This document shows, one piece after another, positions 57,493-64,000 of a DNA stretch of 64,000 nucleotides. The DNA comes from Flavobacteriales bacterium (GTDB lineage: Bacteria; Bacteroidota; Bacteroidia; Flavobacteriales_C; GCA-002722245). Positions within the stretch are counted from its first letter, which is position 1, and every line of letters begins with the position of its first letter. The translations under genes and the position numbers were made by a program. The stretch covers positions 22,292-86,291 of the forward strand of contig PBLA01000001.1 in assembly GCA_002722245.1 (NCBI GenBank), in the 5' to 3' direction. The notes beneath the pieces were generated by a model, which was given only the letters and a program-made list of their open reading frames with translations, was not told where the DNA came from and made no database searches.

Positions 57493-58145
57493 CAAAGGCC
57501 AAGTAAATCGATATACTTAATTTGAAGGTTGTATCTAATTTGTTTTCTATAATATTTCAACCTTCCCATTTCTTTATCAATGTTTTTTCCCTTATCTGCT
57601 GAATTGTTCGCATGCGGAAAAGGGGTTTGGGGTATATCCTTTCCAAGAAAATTACACAACTCTTTCCATTGATCTCCTTTTATAAAGTCAAGTTCTAGAA
57701 AATCATCTGGACGATTTTTAAAGTAATTTCTTACATCCTCTATATGATCATTGTATACGCGCAACGTATTCTCTTTATCATCTTTTGGAAGCCCTTTTCC
57801 ACGTCCGTACAACCACTCGTGCTTCGGAGATCTTAACTTCCCAATATGTCTTGAAACGCTTTTGAACCAGGATTCAGGTTCGCGATACGTTAAAATAAAT
57901 TTTGAATTCGGATATAAACTGTCTAATTCCTTGTAGATATAATACCAAGGTGTGTCCTCAACCGCATCATAACCTTCTAAAAGACTTTGAATTTTAGTCC
58001 AGTTTTCTCTTAATATTGGCAATGTGGCTCTTCCTGTTGTGTCCTTTACACGATAGCCAAGTATTTTTAGTGCATCACGTAACGTAGACGTTCCTGTTTT
58101 TTGGAAGCCAACACCAATAATTAATCCTTGATTTGTTTTATTCAT
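57483..58145 (-). CDS. sulfotransferase-family protein
   Basis: N-terminal PAPS 5'-phosphosulfate-binding-loop-like 'GFQKTGTSTL', with 'LTYREPESWFKS' (3'-PB-like). ATG 58145 chosen because TTG 58157 lies in a -7 box. Confidence 0.6.
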   Translation of the reverse strand: MNKTNQGLIIGVGFQKTGTSTLRDALKILGYRVKDTTGRATLPILRENWTKIQSLLEGYDAVEDTPWYYIYKELDSLYPNSKFILTYREPESWFKSVSRHIGKLRSPKHEWLYGRGKGLPKDDKENTLRVYNDHIEDVRNYFKNRPDDFLELDFIKGDQWKELCNFLGKDIPQTPFPHANNSADKGKNIDKEMGRLKYYRKQIRYNLQIKYIDLLGLWKK

Positions 58146-58154
58146 AGCCTCAAG

Positions 58155-58162
58155 CAAAAATA
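58155..58162 (-). promoter_or_regulatory. -7 promoter box TATTTTTG (minus strand)
   Basis: Plus-strand caaaaata. 9 nt upstream of ATG 58145. Confidence 0.45.
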
Positions 58163-58195
58163 AGATTTAAAATGAACGTTAAAAAGAATCTGTTT

Positions 58196-58227
58196 TAACA
58201 AAAAGAAAGTCCCGTAAAAACGGGACT
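58196..58227 (-). terminator. rho-independent terminator of the M74-like peptidase gene
   Basis: Stem AGTCCCG (58208-58214) pairs with CGGGACT (58221-58227), 6-nt loop. On the minus strand it is followed by TTCTTTTTGTT. Confidence 0.75.
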
Positions 58228-58303
58228 AAACTACCTAATACTAACTTTCAAAAAAATTACCTGATTTCCATTACGGAGTCATTAGCTAAAAGTTTCTTAA
58301 TGT

Positions 58304-59068
58304 TCATAACTCTTGAAAGTCTATGTGATAGTGATCGTCATGAAGATCATTAATTGTTGGAGTCAGCGACTTTACAATATAGATACCACTGTTTTTTAAT
58401 AACTGTCCGAAATACCCCTCAAACAGTTCATCTTTGAATTCAACCTTGATAATTACTTTTGAAATCCGAAGACCTTGCTTTTTTCCTTCAGCCTTCAAAA
58501 TTAAAATATGATGTGCTATTTTTTCAAAATCAATCGAAATGCTAGAATCTTTACTATAAATACCTTCATTATTAAACGATAACCAATAATGGCCAACACC
58601 AATTGAATCCAGGCCATAATAAGGTTTGCCATCTTTTAATTTGGGTATCATAAAGTCAACGCTAAGGCCATTTTGATGAGTTCTGTGTGGCCACATTTTA
58701 CCACCGTGTTTATTTGAGCACTCCATTAATTGAAACCTTCTTTTCGGGTAGTTTTTTTCAAGTTCTTTATACCCATTAATAACAGTGTTTAATACTTTGT
58801 GGTGCGTAAAGGCTCTACCGCTTAAATAACTCTTCTCGTCGAAATAACTAAAATTTGTTCCCTTGTAAGGCATTAATTTAGCATGCTTTAGTCCTCCATT
58901 AGATACATGTCCAAATGATATACTGGGAGTAGAATCATTCATATTATTGTTTAAATAATCATCCAGTTTAATATTGGGACGTACAATTTTCTCGTTATTA
59001 TCCTCGGTAAAATTCGATTGACCGCAAGCCGATAATGAAACAACAATGAAATAAAATAAAAAGCGCAT
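58304..59068 (-). CDS. penicillin-insensitive murein endopeptidase-like (peptidase M74/MepA-like)
   Basis: Signal/lipobox 'VSLSAC'. Zinc-ligand contexts 'HRTHQNGLSVDF' and 'DDHYHIDF' parallel the MepA H-x-H and HQxGLDxD motifs. Confidence 0.6.
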   Translation of the reverse strand: MRFLFYFIVVSLSACGQSNFTEDNNEKIVRPNIKLDDYLNNNMNDSTPSISFGHVSNGGLKHAKLMPYKGTNFSYFDEKSYLSGRAFTHHKVLNTVINGYKELEKNYPKRRFQLMECSNKHGGKMWPHRTHQNGLSVDFMIPKLKDGKPYYGLDSIGVGHYWLSFNNEGIYSKDSSISIDFEKIAHHILILKAEGKKQGLRISKVIIKVEFKDELFEGYFGQLLKNSGIYIVKSLTPTINDLHDDHYHIDFQEL

Positions 59069-59147
59069 AAACCTTAAACGAAAATAAAAGCCAATTCTTT
59101 CACACTAAAGGTTAATAAAACTTAATAATAAATGGGAACATGAAAAT

Positions 59148-59600
59148 CTATCGAATTCGATCAACAGATCTTACTAAGTCATCATCCTTTTTCACTGCCT
59201 TATTGGCCATAAAAAATAAAACAGTCGTTATAGGAACAATGAATAAGGCGAAGCCAAAAGATATATTGGTTTCTTCACCTTGGTTCAATTTGTAAAATGT
59301 AACGAGCAAAAAAATTATTTCCGCAAACGTTGCTAAACCACCAATTTTGGAAAATTTTATCTGTCGTTTTCTGTTTTTGAATAAAAAGATTGTTACGAAA
59401 GCAAAAAGAGCAAGTACTAATCCTAAATAAAAGCTTTTAGAATCTCCACCAACAAGCATCTCATTCATATCAAAAACCCCCTTGCCAGTCACTTTATATA
59501 TTGAGTTCGATAGATTGTAGGTAAAATATGTTCCTGTGGCAAAAACCACTTGACCAATAGAAGCGAGTAAAAGATATAGAGATTGAATACGTTGAATCAT
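59148..59600 (-). CDS. DUF4293-like membrane protein
   Basis: Begins 'MIQRIQSLYLLLA' as DUF4293 members do. 4 TM segments. Confidence 0.5.
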   Translation of the reverse strand: MIQRIQSLYLLLASIGQVVFATGTYFTYNLSNSIYKVTGKGVFDMNEMLVGGDSKSFYLGLVLALFAFVTIFLFKNRKRQIKFSKIGGLATFAEIIFLLVTFYKLNQGEETNISFGFALFIVPITTVLFFMANKAVKKDDDLVRSVDRIR

Positions 59601-59610
59601 AATTTATTTT

Positions 59611-60162
59611 TTAAGCTAAAGCCTTTTGAATTAAAGATAAAATTGGCGCTGGATAATTAATTTCCAATGCAAATTTATGGGCTTTTGTTGACATTTTACT
59701 CCAAGTCTTTTGGATAATTTTAATCCATTTATCCTCGGAATAAGATTTTGTTTTAGCAAAGGAAAGTATGTGGTGTTCTAAAAATACAAGGCATGCCACG
59801 TCTTCAATGAGTTGAGTATTCGTATTTTTTCTCAAATCCTTTTTCGAGATCATTCCTTTCACCTCATCTATTAAAGACTCATCATACCCAACTTCACTCA
59901 AAATTTCAGCCGCTTTTTCTGCTTGGTAGGAGTAAAGCTTGATTCGCCATTGATAATACCCTTTTTTATCCATAGGATAATCGGATCTTGGAATATCCCA
60001 CCTTCTGAAATGCTGACATCTCGCAGCAAGTTCTTGAGCTTCTGAGTATGAAGGCTCAAGTTTTCCTAACCATTGAAAACATTGATGAGAATAATTTAAT
60101 GCTTCTTTTTTAGGATCTGTTTGAAGTACTTCTTCAATTTTCTTTACTGCTTCTTCAATCAT
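59611..60162 (-). CDS. DUF4202-like protein
   Basis: The helical protein with 'CQHFRRWDIPRSDYPMDKKGYYQWR' resembles DUF4202. 8-nt overlap with the upstream cysteine desulfurase gene. Confidence 0.45.
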   Translation of the reverse strand: MIEEAVKKIEEVLQTDPKKEALNYSHQCFQWLGKLEPSYSEAQELAARCQHFRRWDIPRSDYPMDKKGYYQWRIKLYSYQAEKAAEILSEVGYDESLIDEVKGMISKKDLRKNTNTQLIEDVACLVFLEHHILSFAKTKSYSEDKWIKIIQKTWSKMSTKAHKFALEINYPAPILSLIQKALA

Positions 60163-61300
60163 TTAGTAACAATTTAACAAGTGTTTTTATAAGCGCATCA
60201 ATATCATGAGTAGTTGAATACTTAGAAAAAGACACCCTAATGGCAGGCTGATCCATCGGAACACCAATCGCCTCTAATACATGTGATCCTTTATTGTTTC
60301 CTGAAGTACAGGCGCTACCTCCGCTTATGGCAATTCCTGCTAAATCAAGATTAAATAAAAACATGGAAACATCTTTATCCGTTTTAAAAGATACATTGAT
60401 AATAGCTGGAGAACTTTCTACCGTATTACCATTAATTGAGTATTGAATTTTTTCATGATTCAACTGGTCAATAAAATATGTCTTTAATTCAGATAACAAC
60501 GCAGTGTTTTTTACTTGTTCCTTTTTAGCATTAGAAAACGCTTCGTTTAAACCACATATTCCCCCTATATTTTCAGTTCCGCCTCTTAATCCTCTCTCTT
60601 GGTTTCCACCTGCAATAAAAGGTGCAGCATCAATATTTTGTTTTACAAAAAGAAAACCACATCCTTTAGGGCCATGAAATTTGTGCGCTGAACAACTTAA
60701 AAAATCGATATTTAGTTTTTTAACATCAATATTATAATATGGTAAGCTTTGAACCGTATCCGAGTGAAAGTAAGCATTATTTAATCCACATAAGTCAGCT
60801 ATTTGTTGAAGAGGTGCACAAGTACCAATTTCATTATTTACGTGCATAAGAGAAACAAGCGTTGTTTGTTTTTCTTTGAGCAACTTCGATAAGTGATTTA
60901 AATCTAAATTTCCTTGATTGTCAATAGTGACATATTCCACTTTAATGTCTTCAGGAAGAGATCTCAATGGATTTAAAATCGCATAATGTTCAATTTTAGA
61001 AGTAATGATTCTTCGCACTCCTAAACTTTTTACAGCCATCGAAATGGCGGTATTATTTGCTTCCGTTCCACCGGAAGTAAAAATAATTTCAGAAGGATGA
61101 GCCTGAATAAGCTGTGCTACACTCTTTCGAGCAACTTCAATTTGAGCTTTTGCTGCCCTGCCATAGGAGTGAATCGAGGAGGGGTTTCCAATTAGGTTTA
61201 AGTTGGTTTTATGCATAACATCAACTACCTCTTTTGATAAAAAGGTAGTAGCCGCATTATCTAAGTAAACCTTTGAATATGTTTTTGGACCATTGCTCAT
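60155..61300 (-). CDS. cysteine desulfurase (class V aminotransferase, NifS/IscS-like)
   Basis: 'YLDNAATT', 'FTSGGTEANN', PLP-Lys 'SAHKFHGPKG', active-site loop 'SGGSACTSG'. ATG 61300 preferred over TTG 61312. Confidence 0.88.
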   Translation of the reverse strand: MSNGPKTYSKVYLDNAATTFLSKEVVDVMHKTNLNLIGNPSSIHSYGRAAKAQIEVARKSVAQLIQAHPSEIIFTSGGTEANNTAISMAVKSLGVRRIITSKIEHYAILNPLRSLPEDIKVEYVTIDNQGNLDLNHLSKLLKEKQTTLVSLMHVNNEIGTCAPLQQIADLCGLNNAYFHSDTVQSLPYYNIDVKKLNIDFLSCSAHKFHGPKGCGFLFVKQNIDAAPFIAGGNQERGLRGGTENIGGICGLNEAFSNAKKEQVKNTALLSELKTYFIDQLNHEKIQYSINGNTVESSPAIINVSFKTDKDVSMFLFNLDLAGIAISGGSACTSGNNKGSHVLEAIGVPMDQPAIRVSFSKYSTTHDIDALIKTLVKLLLND

Positions 61301-61358
61301 GCGCCCTGTCAATTTTTGTGAACGGATAGATTAAAGGCGTAAAGACCTTCAATCACTT

Positions 61359-62750
61359 TTAGGCAATAATTTCTTTGATATCACCAATAATTTTAGCTGC
61401 AAGTACTTCTGCTTTTTCAGCGTTCGCACTCTCTGAATAAATCCTGATAATTGGTTCAGTATTAGACTTTCTTAAATGCACCCATTCCTCAGCAAAATCA
61501 ATTTTCACACCATCAACAGTATTAATGTTTTCATGGGCATATTTAGCCTCTATTTTTTCAAGAATCAAATCAACATCAATTTCAGGTGTTAATTCAATTT
61601 TGTTTTTACTTATATGGTAATTAGGATAGCTGTTTCTTAACGTCTTTGCCGACTTGCCAGTTTTAGCCATATGCGTTAAAATTAAAGCGATACCAACAAG
61701 CGCATCTCTACCGTAATGAAGGTCAGGGAAAATAACACCACCGTTTCCTTCACCGCCAATTACAGCATTTTGAGCCTTCATTTGATTTACAACATTCACC
61801 TCGCCAACAGCCGAAGGAAAGTACTGACCACCAGCTTTTTCAGTAACATCACGCAAAGCTCTGGTTGATGACATATTAGAAACAGTATTCCCTTTTCTTT
61901 GAGTCAAAATATAGTCTGCCACAGCTACTAATGTATATTCCTCTCCAAACATACTTCCGTCTTCACAAACCAATGCTAAACGATCCACATCAGGATCAAC
62001 AACAATACCAATATCAGCCTGATTATCAACAACGGTTTTAGATATATCAGTTAAATTTTCTGGTAGAGGTTCAGGATTATGCGGAAACTGACCATTTGGT
62101 TCACAGAAAAGTTCAAATACAGTGTTAACACCTAAAGCACGTAATAATTTAGGTAATACAATACCTCCAGTAGAATTAACAGCATCAATAGCGACCTTAA
62201 ATCCCGCATTTTTAATTGCATCTACATCCACTAGCTCATGCTTAAGAATTTCTTGAATATGAATATCAAAATAATCAGATCGTTCTGAAACAGAACCTAA
62301 ATCATCTACTTCAGCGTAATTGAAATCTTCTCGCTCGGCAATTTCCAATATTTCTAAACCATTATTATTGGAAATAAACTCTCCTTTAGCGTTAAGTAAC
62401 TTCAATGCATTCCATTGCTTAGGATTGTGCGATGCTGTCAAAATAATACCTCCACTGGCATGTTCAAGCGGAACAGCAATTTCAACAGTTGGAGTAGTAG
62501 AGAGTCCAAGATTAATAACATCAATTCCTAACCCAGTAAGTGTGGAAATAACAAGATTCTCAACCATTAAACCACTAATCCGTGCATCCCTACCCACTAC
62601 AACAGTAAGGTTTTCGTTCGATTGCTTTTTCAACCACTCAGCGTAGGCGCTAGTAAATTTTACAATGTCTAATGGACTTAATCCCTCACCGGGTTTACCT
62701 CCAATTGTACCTCTAATACCTGAAATCGATTTAATTAATGCCATTTTCAA
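61359..62750 (-). CDS. glmM: phosphoglucosamine mutase
   Basis: 'SISGIRGTIGG', phospho-Ser loop 'TASHNP', Mg site 'DPDVDR', 'GGEGNGG'. 463 aa Bacteroidetes-type GlmM. Confidence 0.88.
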   Translation of the reverse strand: MKMALIKSISGIRGTIGGKPGEGLSPLDIVKFTSAYAEWLKKQSNENLTVVVGRDARISGLMVENLVISTLTGLGIDVINLGLSTTPTVEIAVPLEHASGGIILTASHNPKQWNALKLLNAKGEFISNNNGLEILEIAEREDFNYAEVDDLGSVSERSDYFDIHIQEILKHELVDVDAIKNAGFKVAIDAVNSTGGIVLPKLLRALGVNTVFELFCEPNGQFPHNPEPLPENLTDISKTVVDNQADIGIVVDPDVDRLALVCEDGSMFGEEYTLVAVADYILTQRKGNTVSNMSSTRALRDVTEKAGGQYFPSAVGEVNVVNQMKAQNAVIGGEGNGGVIFPDLHYGRDALVGIALILTHMAKTGKSAKTLRNSYPNYHISKNKIELTPEIDVDLILEKIEAKYAHENINTVDGVKIDFAEEWVHLRKSNTEPIIRIYSESANAEKAEVLAAKIIGDIKEIIA

Positions 62751-62966
62751 TAAATAAAGGATACAAAATAAGAAATATTGATAGAAAACCGCCTATATTT
62801 CTTTATCTTAAGGAGGTTGTCTTTGTAAAATCTTGTAAATACGTTAATTACAAGGTTTCATGATTTTTTAACAAAAAAATTGTGGATAAGAAAGTGGTAG
62901 GATTATTGTCTATGTGTAAATAAATAACAAGATTTAATAAGCAAAGTCTAAAAACCTTAAAAGCCT

Positions 62967-64000
62967 ATGGAGTTTTTTGATGCGGGAGATGGTCAGCGGG
63001 AGTCCATACAAAGTGTTACTCGTTTTGAATCTATGGTTGCTAACCAAGAACAGTATTACTTTGATTGTGAAGAATTCCAAGATATTATAGAATACTATCT
63101 ATTAAGAACCGATTTTCAGCAAGCTAAAACAGTGGTGGATTATTCGTTAAATCTTCACCCAACTAGTATAGATTTAAAGCTTTTGAAAGCTCAAGTGTTA
63201 GTAGGGTTGTTACAATACAAGAATGCACTGGATTTAATTGAGAAAATTGAATTATTTGAACCCAATAATACAGATCTGTTTCTGGTAAAAGGAACTATTC
63301 TTAGTAAACTCAAAATGAGTGATCGAGCCATTGCATGTTTTAAGCAATGCTTATCAGATAGTGAGTATAAGGACGAAGTATATCATTTTATTGCCTCAGA
63401 GTATCAACGAAACCTAGAATATGAGGAAGCCATTAAATACTTTAAACTTTGTCTTCGTGAAAACCCTGAAAATGAAGCTGCACTTTATGAGGTAAACATG
63501 TGTTTCGAGTGCACTACTAAATTCGCTGAAGCAATTCAGTTTTACAACCAATTAATTGATGAATCGCCCTATTCAGAATCACTCTGGTTTAATTTGGCAG
63601 GAATGTATTGTAAGCTAGAATCCTGGGATAAAGCAATTGATTGTTATGATTATGCAATTGCAATTAATCCGCGTTTTTCTTCAGCCTATTTTAATAAAGC
63701 CAATGCGCTTGCAACGCATGGTGAGTATCATGCAGCTATTCAAGTGTATAAAGAGTCGTGTGATTATGAATCACCAACCTTCATCACTTATGCATATATT
63801 GGTGAATGTTATGAACGGTTAAAAGAATACGAAACGGGTCTTGAGTTTTACAAAAAATCAATTGCTCAAAACGAAGAATACGCTGAGGCATGGTTAGGTG
63901 TAGCAATTTGTCAAGATGGATTAGGGAAATCTAATGAGGCTTACGCTTCAATAACCAAAGCATTGGAACTTGATCACGAAGATCCCGATTTTTGGTATAC
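62967..64000 (+). CDS. tetratricopeptide-repeat protein, N-terminal part (gene runs off the window end)
   Basis: My translation from ATG 62967 stays open to 64000: MEFFDAGDGQRESIQSVTRFESMV...AIDCYDYAIAINPRFSSAYFNKANALATHGEYHAAIQVYKES...EAWLGVAICQDGLGKSNEAYASITKALELD. It contains several canonical 34-aa TPR units. It is absent from the ORF track because no stop codon is reached. Confidence 0.75.
   Translation, partial: MEFFDAGDGQRESIQSVTRFESMVANQEQYYFDCEEFQDIIEYYLLRTDFQQAKTVVDYSLNLHPTSIDLKLLKAQVLVGLLQYKNALDLIEKIELFEPNNTDLFLVKGTILSKLKMSDRAIACFKQCLSDSEYKDEVYHFIASEYQRNLEYEEAIKYFKLCLRENPENEAALYEVNMCFECTTKFAEAIQFYNQLIDESPYSESLWFNLAGMYCKLESWDKAIDCYDYAIAINPRFSSAYFNKANALATHGEYHAAIQVYKESCDYESPTFITYAYIGECYERLKEYETGLEFYKKSIAQNEEYAEAWLGVAICQDGLGKSNEAYASITKALELDHEDPDFWY

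Noticed and set aside
62320-62646. Antisense or shadow ORFs in the six-frame track (for example 62320-62646, 26938-27243, 6636-6926, 3675-3944, 10281-10535, 23559-23831, 50509-50790 and 54649-54885)
   Set aside because: All lie entirely inside strongly supported genes on the opposite strand. Their translations are low-complexity or atypical in composition and carry no recognisable motif. They are typical frame shadows in AT-rich DNA.
62810-62816. AAGGAGG Shine-Dalgarno-like sequence in the glmM/TPR intergenic region
   Set aside because: No plausible start codon or ORF follows (TTG TCT TTG TAA only). No other gene in the window uses an SD sequence, consistent with Bacteroidetes translation initiation.

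Overview
This is an AT-rich, gene-dense chromosomal segment that looks like Bacteroidota, probably Flavobacteriia-like. The phylum call rests on three things: many genes are preceded by the Bacteroidetes -7 promoter box TAnnTTTG, there are no Shine-Dalgarno sites, and Bacteroidetes-typical neighbourhoods are present (DUF1599/DoxX/folP, DUF4159/rsmE, a SurA-like PPIase triplet). I support about 65 protein-coding genes. Most are housekeeping: valS, prfC, guaB, tpiA, prmA, miaA, mnmA, obg, folP, nth, rsmE, tsaC, queE, plsY, fabI, acpH and glmM. I saw no rRNA, tRNA, CRISPR array, transposase or integrase. Four things stand out. (1) A proteorhodopsin at 48609-49337 has a complete DTE proton-pump residue set and Met at the tuning position. 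It has no signal peptide and no linked blh/crt genes, and it sits behind an unusually long 354-bp leader. (2) A tightly coupled five-gene metal-uptake operon (41251-45756) encodes two DtxR-type repressors. One is free-standing and one is fused to the C-terminus of an ABC permease, the architecture of chlamydial YtgCR. A perfect 18-bp palindrome overlaps the operon's -7 box. (3) At least eight genes have a -7 box only 4-6 nt upstream of the ATG, which suggests leaderless mRNAs. (4) A 1551-aa secreted protein of unknown function is translationally coupled to prmA. A small co-directional accessory cluster (49431-52755) next to the rhodopsin gene lacks consensus promoter boxes. All product calls come from motif recognition by eye. 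No database search was run.
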